A stretch of 64,000 nt of DNA, taken from Armatimonadota bacterium (GTDB lineage: Bacteria; Armatimonadota; Hebobacteria; CAIYQO01). The notes beneath the pieces are model-generated. The model did no database searches. It was not told where the DNA came from and was given only the letters and a program-made list of their open reading frames with translations. Below, one piece after another: positions 39,107-48,904 of the stretch. How positions within the stretch are numbered: position 1 is the stretch's first letter; the number at the start of each line of letters is the position of its first letter. The position numbers and the translations under genes were made by a program. The DNA lies in assembly GCA_038248345.1 (NCBI GenBank), contig JBBRXO010000001.1:32001-96000 (forward strand), written 5' to 3'.

Positions 39107-39841
39107 TCACCCCAAACAAAGAACAACATTAACCACATGCTGGGCATGGTCATTATCTACCAGACCCAAGTAGACCAGGTATAAGCCGGCGGCCAGCACG
39201 ATAGCCCCACTTAGGCGCCAGATTAGCAGACGGTAGCCGCGTTGTTCCAGCGTCTCTACCAGTTTGCGCGCCCTGGTCATGGCCACGGCGACGAACATGA
39301 TGGCGAGGCCGGTGGTGAGGGCGTACAGGGTAAAGAGCGCCGCGCCCAGCACCGGGCCGCGCGCGCCACTGGTGAGTGCCAGGTAAATGGGGATATTTGT
39401 CGGGCAGGGGATAGCCATGCTCATCACCCCCAGCATGAACATCGCGCTGAAGGTACCGGCATGCGCCAGCTTCACCTCTTCACCGGTATGGCAATGCTCG
39501 TTACAGAGGTGATCAATCGCGTGGTGTACCGACAGTGGGCGTATCAGGAAGATGATGCCACTGACAACCAGCAACATTCCCATGCCCAGCTCAATATAGC
39601 GGTGCAATTATTGGGGAACGTGATCAATCAACCAACCGAGTATCAGGCCACCCAGCAAAGCCGTGACGACCATACCTAGGGTGAAGAATGCTGCCACCTT
39701 CAGCATCATCTTCGTCTTCATGCCTCCCAAAGCAAAGGGAAGAAGTACCAACCAAGAGTGCCCGTGGGGAGTTAAACCGTGGAGCAGGCCCCAGAATATA
39801 GCCAAAAAAATGAGACCGAGAATGTCTCCAGGAATATACAT
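39107..39841 (-). pseudogene. Ni/Co transporter-like (RcnA/UreH/DsbD_2-type) membrane protein interrupted by an in-frame TAA
   Basis: ORFs 39608-39841 and 39107-39607 are in the same frame and separated only by TAA. Motifs: GLLHGLTPHGH, His-rich loop, IPCP. Confidence 0.7.
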
Positions 39842-39919
39842 TAGTATTTACCTTCCGAATGGTCTTTCGGCGATTTACACACGGGGGCGTCAAAAGCCTT
39901 CTGTACCGATCATTTCGCG

Positions 39920-41326
39920 TTATTTCCCCACACAAAAACGGGAGAAGATCTCCGCAATTACTTCTTCGCCGGTGTCATCACCGGTAATTTCGCCCAGCGC
40001 CATGGCAGACTCACGCAGGTCAACTGCCAGCAGCTCTTCCGTGCCGCCTTCTTGCAGCGTTGCCAGCGTACGCGCTAACGCTTCGGCACCCCGGCCAGCT
40101 GCTTCATGCTGCCGTTCGGTAGCCAGCGCCGGTGAGGAGATTATTACCTCGTCACCCAGCAACATCCGCCGTAATGCTGCCTGCAAGCTTGGCAAACCCG
40201 CACCCGTGAGCGCTGAAACATACTCAACAGGCGTGTTATCATACGTACGAATCACTTCTTCCGTCAAGACGACGGGCAGGTCGGCCTTGTTTACCACCAA
40301 CAAATGCGGGCGATTTTGCACCTGTTCCAGCAACTGTAGATCCTCTACAGAGAAGGGCTGGCTGCCATCACAAATCAGCATTATCAGGTCGGCGCTGGCC
40401 AGCGAGGCACGACTGCGGGCGACGCCGATCTTCTCCACCACGTCATGTGTGTGGCGGATGCCCGCGGTGTCCACCAGCCGCACCGGGATTCCGCCCAGAT
40501 CGTAACCCTCTTCAATAACATCACGCGTGGTGCCCGGAACATCCGTGACAATGGCGCGCGCCTCGCCCAGTAAAGCGTTGAGCAAACTGGATTTACCGGT
40601 GTTAGTACGGCCGATCAACGCCAGCACCGCACCCTCGCGGAGCAATTTGCCGCGCGTGTAGCTCGCGGTCAACTTATTCACTTCCGCACTTAACGCTGAA
40701 AGCTCGGTATATACCTCCTCCGTGGTGAGGAAAGTGATATCTTCTTCGGCGAAATCTATCGCCGCTTCAATAGATGCCAACAAGCAGATAATGCGCCCGC
40801 GAATTTCCCGTACCTGCATTCCCAGCGCCCCGGCCAGCCGGGTTTGCGCGGCGCGCAGTCCGGCGTCGGTATGGGCGCGGATTGTGTCCATTACCGCTTC
40901 GGCCTGGGTGAGGTCAATACGCCCGTTAATAAATGCCCGCTGGGTGAACTCCCCCGCCGCCGCCGGAGTCACCCCCAGGTGATAGAGCAGCTTGAGTATC
41001 TCGCGTAGCGGTTCGCGCCCACCATGCGCGGATATCTCCACCACATCCTCACGCGTGTAACTGTGCGGAGCACGCATCACCGAGAGTAAAACCTCATCGA
41101 TGATTTCACCACTCTCAGGATTCACTATATGCCCGTAATAGAGCCGATAAGGGGCAGGATTTGCGAGCGCACTGCCGTCAGCACGCCGGAATAGTTGCTG
41201 CGCAATCGCTACCGCGTCGGTGCCTGATATTCTGATAATGCCAATGCCGCCTTCTCCTACGGGGGTGGAGAGGGCGGCAATGGTATCGGGATCAGGAATC
41301 CATGCGTCATCAGTTGATCGGTCCAT
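39920..41326 (-). CDS. mnmE: tRNA modification GTPase MnmE
   Basis: DTIAALST, GRTNTGKSS, PGTTRD, DTAG, NKAD and C-terminal FCVGK. Confidence 0.95.
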   Translation of the reverse strand: MDRSTDDAWIPDPDTIAALSTPVGEGGIGIIRISGTDAVAIAQQLFRRADGSALANPAPYRLYYGHIVNPESGEIIDEVLLSVMRAPHSYTREDVVEISAHGGREPLREILKLLYHLGVTPAAAGEFTQRAFINGRIDLTQAEAVMDTIRAHTDAGLRAAQTRLAGALGMQVREIRGRIICLLASIEAAIDFAEEDITFLTTEEVYTELSALSAEVNKLTASYTRGKLLREGAVLALIGRTNTGKSSLLNALLGEARAIVTDVPGTTRDVIEEGYDLGGIPVRLVDTAGIRHTHDVVEKIGVARSRASLASADLIMLICDGSQPFSVEDLQLLEQVQNRPHLLVVNKADLPVVLTEEVIRTYDNTPVEYVSALTGAGLPSLQAALRRMLLGDEVIISSPALATERQHEAAGRGAEALARTLATLQEGGTEELLAVDLRESAMALGEITGDDTGEEVIAEIFSRFCVGK

Positions 41327-41639
41327 CTTCCTCCCGCATTAATAACAATGCCTCTTGGATGGAGAAGATACACATGCCATATTGATCCTCTAACCAATCG
41401 CGAACATCGAGAATCTCCTCATCATAAGTGATGAAGTATGGCGGTTTGCAATGTCGCAACGAAGTAATCGCAAACTGTCGTACTGAACTGGGAATTCCAG
41501 GCTCACGTTCCATGTCCTGCAATCCGAGGCGTTCCAATTCCAGTATTCGCTGCTCCAACAGCGCGGACGGTGGTGCTGGGTAATTCGCACACTGGTCGTG
41601 TAAAACCATCTGTAAATCTAGAGTTTTCAGTTTTTCCAT
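41310..41639 (-). CDS. Hypothetical protein
   Basis: 109-aa ORF with AAGGAGG/AAGGA RBS; overlaps the mnmE start. Confidence 0.55.
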   Translation of the reverse strand: MEKLKTLDLQMVLHDQCANYPAPPSALLEQRILELERLGLQDMEREPGIPSSVRQFAITSLRHCKPPYFITYDEEILDVRDWLEDQYGMCIFSIQEALLLMREEDGPIN

Positions 41640-41834
41640 GTCCTTCGCCTCCTTTCGTTAGTATTTAAAACGATCTCCGTCACCGTTTCTGTCATATTTT
41701 TTTGCTATTCTCTTATATACCATATATTCGGTAACATCAACCGTAACACCTTCTTCTTACCCTATGTATAATACGATTAAACTGCTACGAAGTTGCTGAA
41801 GATTAAGAATCATTAATAAACAACCAGTACTATG

Positions 41835-43037
41835 TCAGACAAGTCGCACATATAAATTCCCCGGACGCCGCTGTACCAGACCCTTCAGTTCCAACATCAA
41901 TAAAGCAGCATTCACCTTACCGGCGGGCAAGCTGGTCTTCTCGGCTATATCATCTACGTGGCGGGCAGTGGAGTTAAGCTGATTCAATACAGCTTCTTCT
42001 TCGGGCGGCAATGGGGGGAGTGGTTTCGCCGCAGGCGCAGGCGCCACTACGGGACGCCGTTTCGGTTTTGGTGTGGGTGCTTCCGGCACAGGTATGCGTG
42101 TCTCTTCCACTGTTGCCAGGGCATCCCAATCCGGCCCGGCCAGCGGGGTGGTAGCAGGACGCGAGGGGGCGATGCCCAGGGGTAACTCCTCCAGGATGTC
42201 CTCCACGGACATCACCAGCTTGGCGCCGTTGCGAATCAACTCATGGGTGCCGCGGCTCTGCGGGCTGTCCATCCCGCCCGGCACGGCGAAGACCTCCCGC
42301 CCCTGTTCGGCGGCGTGGTCGGCGGTGATGAGCGCACCACTTTTTATGGGTGCTTCCACTACCACTACTCCCAGTGAAAGTGCGCTGATAATGCGGTTGC
42401 GTATCGGGAAACTGATCTTCGTCGGCGGCGTACCCAATGGATATTCACTCACGATTGCACCGGCAGCAGCAATACGCGGGTAAAGGCCAGCATTCTCCGG
42501 TGGATAGATGTAATCCAGCCCACAGCCGAAGACGGCGATGGTACGCCCACCCGCCCGCAATGCACCCTCATGTGCTGCCGTGTCGGCCCCCAGTGCCATA
42601 CCGCTAATGATGGTGATACCTTGTTTCACAAGCCCCGCAGCCAGCTCTGACGCCGCATGACGCCCATAGGGGGAGGCGCTGCGCGAGCCGACGATTGCCA
42701 CCGCGCGAGCGTCCGCGGGCAAATAGGTGCCTTTGATGAAGATGACACCCGGGGGATCGCTTATTGTGCGCAGTCGCGCCGGATAATCTGTATCAGTGAC
42801 GCCGTACATATGGATTCCCAGCTTTTGTAACTGGGCCAGCTCATTGCTGAAGTCACGCCCGGCGACCTTTAATAATCGCTCAGCTCCCTCGCGGGTTAAT
42901 TTACAATTCAGCGCCCAATCACGCGGTGAGGCGGCAAAGATCGCCTCCGGCCGCTGGTAAACCTCCAGCAGCCGCATTATCGCCCGCGCTCCCAACTGCG
43001 CCGTCGCCAGCGCGTACCAGGCATTTTTCGCATCCAT
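41835..43037 (-). CDS. dprA: DNA-processing protein DprA
   Basis: YPARL, AIVGSR, ISGMALG, FPIRNRIIS, VVEA and KSGALITA motifs; C-terminal winged helix LLMLELKG. Confidence 0.95.
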   Translation of the reverse strand: MDAKNAWYALATAQLGARAIMRLLEVYQRPEAIFAASPRDWALNCKLTREGAERLLKVAGRDFSNELAQLQKLGIHMYGVTDTDYPARLRTISDPPGVIFIKGTYLPADARAVAIVGSRSASPYGRHAASELAAGLVKQGITIISGMALGADTAAHEGALRAGGRTIAVFGCGLDYIYPPENAGLYPRIAAAGAIVSEYPLGTPPTKISFPIRNRIISALSLGVVVVEAPIKSGALITADHAAEQGREVFAVPGGMDSPQSRGTHELIRNGAKLVMSVEDILEELPLGIAPSRPATTPLAGPDWDALATVEETRIPVPEAPTPKPKRRPVVAPAPAAKPLPPLPPEEEAVLNQLNSTARHVDDIAEKTSLPAGKVNAALLMLELKGLVQRRPGNLYVRLV

Positions 43038-43117
43038 TATTCATAAATTCGTGCTAGCCGGGAGAAATCCTTTTTTGCACTCTCAAACAAGCCCAGTCCA
43101 GAGCTGCATATTCCTTC

Positions 43118-43182
43118 AACTCTGGACTTGGAACTTGGCCTGTCCGCCATAGCCTGGAGGGCGAAGGCGGAAACTTGGAACT
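43118..43182. repeat. Heptamer (AACTTGG) tandem array carrying a 33-nt palindromic insert
   Basis: AACTCTG-GACTTGG-AACTTGG-[CCTGTCCGCCATAGCCTGGAGGGCGAAGGCGGA]-AACTTGG-AACT. Confidence 0.6.
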
Positions 43183-43185
43183 ATT

Positions 43186-43944
43186 TTACGCCAATCCGCG
43201 TGCTTTCAAGTTGGCCATGCTGATAGCGACGCTCTCCAACGGCGAATGATTTTTGCAGTCATCCTGTTCTACGATGAACCATTCGGTGCCCGCAGCCGCA
43301 GCGGCCGGGAGGATACTGTCCCAATTAAGGATTCCCTCGCCGAATTCCGCGAAATTCTGCTTGTCAGCCGCCATATCTTTGATGTGCAATAACGGCACGC
43401 GTCCGGTATATTTCTGTACTTCGGCAGTAGCGTCAAGGCCGGCGCGGGTGACCCAAAATAGATCCAGCTCATTTAGCGCCAGCGTTGGATCGGTATTTTC
43501 GGCCAGCAATTCCATGCCCGTCTTGCCATCGAAAACCTGATACTCGAAATCATGGTTGTGGTAAGCCAGTCCCAGACCAGCGGCTTTCAACACTATCGCG
43601 TACTCATTGATGCTACATGCTGTCTTAATCCAGGCTGCTGCTGAATTACGAATATCGTCAGACAAATAGGGAATGACGACATAGGGATTGCCAAGTTCTA
43701 AATGGTATTCAATCACCTCGTTGATATTTTCCGCCAGTTGATCAATACCGGTATGCGCCCCGCAAGTGCGCATGTTCAAGTCTTCCAACAGACTTTTCAA
43801 CTCTGCTGCTGGCAGATTGCCGAACCCTGCAAACTCTACACCGGCGTAGCCAAGTGCCGCGACTTTTTTTAACGTGCCGACGAAATCGGAGGATGTCTCG
43901 TTTCGCAGGGTATACAACTGCAATCCGATAGGAATATTTGTCAT
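43186..43944 (-). CDS. Sugar phosphate isomerase/epimerase (TIM barrel)
   Basis: IGLQLYTLR, GYAGVEFAG, YHNH, ELDLFW, HIKD and IVEQD motifs. Confidence 0.85.
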   Translation of the reverse strand: MTNIPIGLQLYTLRNETSSDFVGTLKKVAALGYAGVEFAGFGNLPAAELKSLLEDLNMRTCGAHTGIDQLAENINEVIEYHLELGNPYVVIPYLSDDIRNSAAAWIKTACSINEYAIVLKAAGLGLAYHNHDFEYQVFDGKTGMELLAENTDPTLALNELDLFWVTRAGLDATAEVQKYTGRVPLLHIKDMAADKQNFAEFGEGILNWDSILPAAAAAGTEWFIVEQDDCKNHSPLESVAISMANLKARGLA

Positions 43945-44033
43945 TGTTCTTCTCCTTCAACGAGGGTCATTAGCCCTCAACAACTATATCTTCTCTCTTA
44001 ACCACTATGTTCCTTCTTGCTGGCAAAAAAATA

Positions 44034-45191
44034 CTAGCATCCCTTTTCCAGGCATTCTGCCGAAAACCAGGTGGTTATCTGGCATTCAGCGGGGCTGCCG
44101 AATAATATCCGCCCCTGCAGCGAAAACTCAACCAGTCCGACAAGGATTTCACGGCTCAGGGGGGACATCTGTTTATGTGCGCAAGGACTTTCGTTGGAAT
44201 TGCTCAGCTCGATGCAAATCAACCCCTCTTCCTGTTTCATTTTTATCAACGGTTGGCATGGATGGGGACAATTGGCAATACATTGAAAGATATGCACTAC
44301 TAGTTCTGTTAACACCAGCGCCAGGTATATTGATCGGCTCTGATTGATAAGCACTTCGGAATCAGCTTGCATCAATCGGCTGGTGATATTCTGCTGAAAA
44401 AGTGAGGAGATGGAGCTGATGATACCACTGGATAATTCGCTGATCTCAATACATCCGTCTTTATCCTGCAATACCAGATTATATACCAAGGTCAGGCTTC
44501 TGATGCGCGCCAGGGTGATGATCAAGCGATCGCGTTCACCGGTGGATGCCTGCATCATCTCCATCTCCAGCAGGGCACAAATAATGGCCATACTATTGCG
44601 CACCCGGTGATTCAACTCCGCCCACATTCGTTGGCGTTCTTCAGCACTGATAGCTGTCGCTGGGTCGGTGACGCTACGGGCCAATGCCAGGGAAAACATA
44701 GACGATAGTTGCACAATTACCGCGTTATCCTGCGCCGTAAATCGACTGCGTTTGGTGCGTAATAGCGCCAGCGTGCCGAGAGTTAGGCCATCATTAAGCA
44801 GGGAAACCTCGCAGAGATATGGGATGCCGCGGGCATTAAGCAGCGCCATATACGGGCTATTGGCGTCACGATAGCTGAAAATGCGAAATGCTACTTTTAT
44901 CTCCCGGTTCACCTGCGGAGCAGGCATCACCTGGAGCAATTTCGTCAGTATTTCCGCCGGCGGCACTGGCCAACCGATGATCTTATCCGGGGTGGGCGAA
45001 CCAGTGAGCCAGAGAACCGCTAGCTGGCAATCGGAGGCGTCCAAAACCGCGCGCAGTCCGCGCTCAATAATTGTCTTGCGCTCCACTACCCCAATCAACT
45101 CATGGGCGACTGAATTAAGCGCCTGAGATAGGCGATTTGCAGATGCGGGCACCGCAGACACAGTTGCGGATATCTCCGGGCTGCTGTCCAT
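44034..45191 (-). CDS. GAF plus HisKA_2 protein with a degenerate HATPase domain
   Basis: GAF-like region (LGTLAL...RFT); H-box ELNHRVRN intact; N, G1 and G2 boxes not recognisable. Confidence 0.7.
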   Translation of the reverse strand: MDSSPEISATVSAVPASANRLSQALNSVAHELIGVVERKTIIERGLRAVLDASDCQLAVLWLTGSPTPDKIIGWPVPPAEILTKLLQVMPAPQVNREIKVAFRIFSYRDANSPYMALLNARGIPYLCEVSLLNDGLTLGTLALLRTKRSRFTAQDNAVIVQLSSMFSLALARSVTDPATAISAEERQRMWAELNHRVRNSMAIICALLEMEMMQASTGERDRLIITLARIRSLTLVYNLVLQDKDGCIEISELSSGIISSISSLFQQNITSRLMQADSEVLINQSRSIYLALVLTELVVHIFQCIANCPHPCQPLIKMKQEEGLICIELSNSNESPCAHKQMSPLSREILVGLVEFSLQGRILFGSPAECQITTWFSAECLEKGC

Positions 45192-46357
45192 TATACCGGG
45201 TTGACCGGGCTGCCATTGATGCGCAGCTCGTAGTGAAGATGCGGCCCGGTGGATTGTCCGGTGCTGCCGACATTACCGATGAACTGCCGAGAACTAACGG
45301 TCTGCCCTTCGCGGACACCGATAGACGACATATGCCCATAGAGGGTGACACGGTTATTGCCGTGGTCGATCATCACGCAGTTGCCATATCCGCCTCGCCA
45401 GGAGGCGCAGATGACGACGCCAGCGCCCGCCGCATAAATAGGGGTGCCACTGGGAGCGCCGATGTCCACGCCCGTGTGCATCTTATATACATGCAAAATA
45501 GGGTGCATCCGCATCCCGAAGGGGCTGCCGAGGCGGCCATTGCAGGGTAAATTCCCGCTTATGCTGGCATTGCCACTATAGCGCACTCCGCCGCCACCAG
45601 ATTTGGCCATATAGGCGCGTCGTTGTAATTCTGCAGTGATACTATTACTGGCATCCTCTTCTTTTTTTAAATCGGCTTCCGCAATCTTGGCATCAACTTG
45701 CACGGCGTTCAATTGTACGGATACCTGATTGCGTTGCTGGGTGGTACGCGCAGTTATCAGGGCTAGATTGGCACGCGCCACCTCGGCTTCATTAGTCCTT
45801 TTCTCTACCAATGATACTTGCTGGGCCACGGCATCCTGCTTGGTTTTTAGATCAGCCAGTATTGCTTTGTCGCGATCCATCAGGAATTTGGCTAGATTCG
45901 CTCGCTGCAAGAGATCGCCGAAATCTTTGGAGGAGAGCAACAAGTCCATATATCCCTGGTCACCGCGCTCATAGATATGCACAAGCCGCGCTTTTGCTTC
46001 GGTACGTGCTTCTTCAAACTGCGTACGCACTGTTGCTAATTCCCGATTAGCCTGCTGCAATTCGTACTGAGCCCGCTGAAAGACTAACGTCGCCGCCTGC
46101 AGGTCATTCTTTTCCGCATCCAAGCGCGTCTGCACTGCGTTCAATTGTGACTGCGTCTGTGCCTCTTTGGCATGTAAGGCGTCTATCTTCTCCCGTTTCG
46201 CGTTCATGCTATTCTGAATAGCAGCACGCTTCTTTTGCAGCTCCTGCACCGAGGATGCGCCATAGAGCAATGCCGGGCCTAGCAGCGCAAAGATGAGTGT
46301 CAAAACAACTATCTGCGCTGGACGGGAATTAGTTTTTATCATATTCATCGGTATCAT
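45191..46357 (-). CDS. Coiled-coil M23 peptidase (peptidoglycan endopeptidase)
   Basis: Signal peptide, long coiled coil, and HTGVD, YGHMS and STGPHLHYE motifs. Confidence 0.9.
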   Translation of the reverse strand: MIPMNMIKTNSRPAQIVVLTLIFALLGPALLYGASSVQELQKKRAAIQNSMNAKREKIDALHAKEAQTQSQLNAVQTRLDAEKNDLQAATLVFQRAQYELQQANRELATVRTQFEEARTEAKARLVHIYERGDQGYMDLLLSSKDFGDLLQRANLAKFLMDRDKAILADLKTKQDAVAQQVSLVEKRTNEAEVARANLALITARTTQQRNQVSVQLNAVQVDAKIAEADLKKEEDASNSITAELQRRAYMAKSGGGGVRYSGNASISGNLPCNGRLGSPFGMRMHPILHVYKMHTGVDIGAPSGTPIYAAGAGVVICASWRGGYGNCVMIDHGNNRVTLYGHMSSIGVREGQTVSSRQFIGNVGSTGQSTGPHLHYELRINGSPVNPV

Positions 46358-46476
46358 TATCTCCTACAAAACCATTCGGTTCTATCGGTTATCATGGGTG
46401 TAACCACACCACGATGAGTTTACTATACCACTGGAGCGAGTAGTCTGCAACATTTCGAGGATTATTGCGCAACGAA

Positions 46477-47469
46477 TCAAAAATGTGTGAACCCCCACGG
46501 AAGTTCAGTTTCCCCGTCTACGGCGCTCAACAAGAGCTCACTGCTCGCTGTCATTACCCCGATCCGGGTCACCTCCAGCGGTGCCAGCAAGGTGCGTAAT
46601 TCGGCTTCGGCATCGGGGGAAGCGGTGAACATCAATTCAAAATCTTCTCCGCCCGTAAGAGCAAGTTTCAGTGGATCACCAGTGTTCAGCCAGCTACAGG
46701 CCTTGTTTACTACCGCAGCTATCGGGATTGCCTGCGAATCGATGCTAACCCCCACCCCGCTGGCGCGGCACATGCGGTGGATGTCCGTGGCCACACCATC
46801 GCTTAGATCCATCATCGCCGAGACTAATCCACTACACGCCAGCGCGCGCCCGGCGGCAAGTCGGGGTATGGGGCGAAGTTGCCCGTCCACGGCATTCGCC
46901 ATCTCAATGGGTATTTCACGCCCTGAATCCAGGAGTTGCAGGCCAGCGGCAGCACGACCGAGTGTTCCGGTAACATACAGGGCATCGCCGGCGCGGGCAC
47001 CAACGCGGGTGAGCATTTCATCTGCCGCTACCCGGCCATGTACTGTCAGACTCAACACCAGCGGGCCGCTACTGCGTACGGTATCGCCACCGATGATATC
47101 CACCTTGGCTTCTCTTGCTAATTCCGCCATGCCGGTGTAAATCTGTTCTACCATTTCGGGGGTCACCGAATTCGGAATTGCGATAGCGATGACAGCATCA
47201 GTAGGAGTGCCGCCCATGGCGGCGATATCGGAGAGGTTCTGCGCCAACGCCTTCCACCCCAAAGCGGGCAAGTTGCGCCAGCTAAGGCGAAAATGGACAT
47301 CTTCCATGAGCATATCAGTAGTGATCAGTAATAACTCGCCAGCAGGCAAAGCCACCGCGGCGGCGTCATCCCCTATACTAAGGTATGTATGCTCTACTAC
47401 CGGCAGCAACTTGGACAGGCGCATGATCAGCGCGTCCTCACCGGAACTATCGTTGTCACGCGTGGCTAT
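46477..47469 (-). CDS. thiL: Thiamine-monophosphate kinase (probable ATA start; first in-frame ATG at 47424)
   Basis: GDDAA, TTDML, NLSDIAAMGG, GGDT, DLSDG and GGEDFEL motifs. The conserved N-terminal GEDALI lies upstream of the first ATG. Confidence 0.9.
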   Translation of the reverse strand: MATRDNDSSGEDALIMRLSKLLPVVEHTYLSIGDDAAAVALPAGELLLITTDMLMEDVHFRLSWRNLPALGWKALAQNLSDIAAMGGTPTDAVIAIAIPNSVTPEMVEQIYTGMAELAREAKVDIIGGDTVRSSGPLVLSLTVHGRVAADEMLTRVGARAGDALYVTGTLGRAAAGLQLLDSGREIPIEMANAVDGQLRPIPRLAAGRALACSGLVSAMMDLSDGVATDIHRMCRASGVGVSIDSQAIPIAAVVNKACSWLNTGDPLKLALTGGEDFELMFTASPDAEAELRTLLAPLEVTRIGVMTASSELLLSAVDGETELPWGFTHF

Positions 47470-47915
47470 TGTTTTGCCTCTGGTCCCAGATAAACGATCT
47501 TCCAGACGCCGTTAGTCTCTTTCAGATACATGCGGATACTGCCCTCAAAGCCGACGGAGGCAATGCCGGAAGGACGATCAATACTGGGGCCATTCTGGTC
47601 AAGCTTCAATGTAGTCAATTGCTTGTTCGTCCATTCATATTTGTTGGTACGAGAAAAGGCCGCATCCGGGATGATTGCCCCACCCTGGCAGTTCATATTC
47701 GTCAGCCTGCCATTGGCGGTTTTGACAATGGTAATAAACGCCGGGTCAACCAGTTTTTCCACCGCGGCGCCATCTTCATCTTTCACCGCTTGCGTAAAAC
47801 TGCTAATTACTAATACCGCTGGTTCTTTTTTTACCGCGTTAGAGGAAAACATAGCAAACCCCACCGCCACCAGCAAAATAGCTCCGAAAACAACAACAAT
47901 AGTCCATGAACGCAT
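47466..47915 (-). CDS. Hypothetical membrane-anchored or exported protein
   Basis: GGAGG RBS; N-terminal hydrophobic helix; NTF2-like end (LKETNGVWKI). Confidence 0.65.
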   Translation of the reverse strand: MRSWTIVVVFGAILLVAVGFAMFSSNAVKKEPAVLVISSFTQAVKDEDGAAVEKLVDPAFITIVKTANGRLTNMNCQGGAIIPDAAFSRTNKYEWTNKQLTTLKLDQNGPSIDRPSGIASVGFEGSIRMYLKETNGVWKIVYLGPEAKQ

Positions 47916-48059
47916 AATAGATCCTCCACTAGATGATCGCTACGACTATTATAGCGCAAACCGGCGTATACGGGGAATATGGGGAGCAGCGGAATGTTGT
48001 TGCCATGCGCGTATGACAAATGGCACACGTTATGTTCTAATACTAGCGAGGTTGAAGAT

Positions 48060-48365
48060 ATGAGCGCCGTTGCTACAAAAACAGAACGATTGTCCTGCCG
48101 GATAACCCCCGAGCATAAGCGTTTGCTGGAGCATGTGGCCGCCCGGCACGGGATGAACGTGAGCGATTACTTCATCACATTGGCAGTTGAGTATGCAAAC
48201 CGTGAGTTGACCGATGAACTTGTCATCAGGGTTCCGCGTGCAGAATGGGATAATCTGTTAACTTCATTGGAATCCGGCTCTGGCCCCAATGAGAAACTCA
48301 AGGCCGCTGCTCGTGAATTTGCCGCTGGCGCTTTTGATGGTGATGTATATCATGCTCCAGATTGA
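48060..48365 (+). CDS. DUF1778 ribbon-helix-helix antitoxin (TacA/AtaR-like)
   Basis: KTERLSCRITPEHKRLLE..A...G..VSDY...PNEKLKAA; overlaps the GNAT gene. Confidence 0.85.
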   Translation: MSAVATKTERLSCRITPEHKRLLEHVAARHGMNVSDYFITLAVEYANRELTDELVIRVPRAEWDNLLTSLESGSGPNEKLKAAAREFAAGAFDGDVYHAPD

Positions 48366-48846
48366 ACGCCTTGAGGTTGCCCGCCATGATCGGAAGTCAT
48401 TCGATTGCGGACAGCCGTCATTGAATACCTTTCTAAGCCAGTACGCTCGACAGTTTGGTGAGAAAAACGTTGGGGTGACCTGGGTTGCCGTTGATAATGC
48501 AGCGCCAGCAAAAATTATCGGTTACTACAACTTGAACGACGGCGCACTAATCCCTGATGACTTGCCACTGGCTAATAATGCGCTTCCACAAGTACCTATC
48601 ATACTGCTGGGGCGTCTGGCGGTAGACCAGACCGCCCAAGGAAGGGGAATAGGGCGTATGTTACTCCTGCACGCCTTGCACCACGCCCATTACTTCTCTA
48701 CCCAAATTGGCGTCCATGCCGTAGTTGTCGATGCACTGAACGATAGTGCCCGCGATTTCTATCAACAATACGGCTTTCAGCCCCTCCCCAACAACCCATT
48801 CCGCATGTATCTGAGCATATGCGATATAGCGAAATTGGACTGGTAA
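48352..48846 (+). CDS. GNAT toxin (TacT/AtaT-like acetyltransferase)
   Basis: HDRKSFDCG...LNTFL, LGRLAVD, QGRGIG, VVDA and FYQQYGF motifs. Confidence 0.85.
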   Translation: MLQIERLEVARHDRKSFDCGQPSLNTFLSQYARQFGEKNVGVTWVAVDNAAPAKIIGYYNLNDGALIPDDLPLANNALPQVPIILLGRLAVDQTAQGRGIGRMLLLHALHHAHYFSTQIGVHAVVVDALNDSARDFYQQYGFQPLPNNPFRMYLSICDIAKLDW

Positions 48847-48904
48847 TTTCCCTCACTGGGGGCGCACGCTCCCAGCGGGCCCCGTAGCAAGGGCCGTTGT
48901 CTTA

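Noticed and set aside
38975..39184. Protein-like plus-strand frame (KLADEIINSAGYLHLEVAK...)
   Set aside because: No suitable start codon or RBS at its 5' end, it overlaps the transporter gene, and it has no recognisable family; at most a remnant.
45191..46357. EnvC-type degenerate M23 activator
   Set aside because: The zinc ligands HxxxD and HxH are intact, so it is better called an active M23 peptidase.
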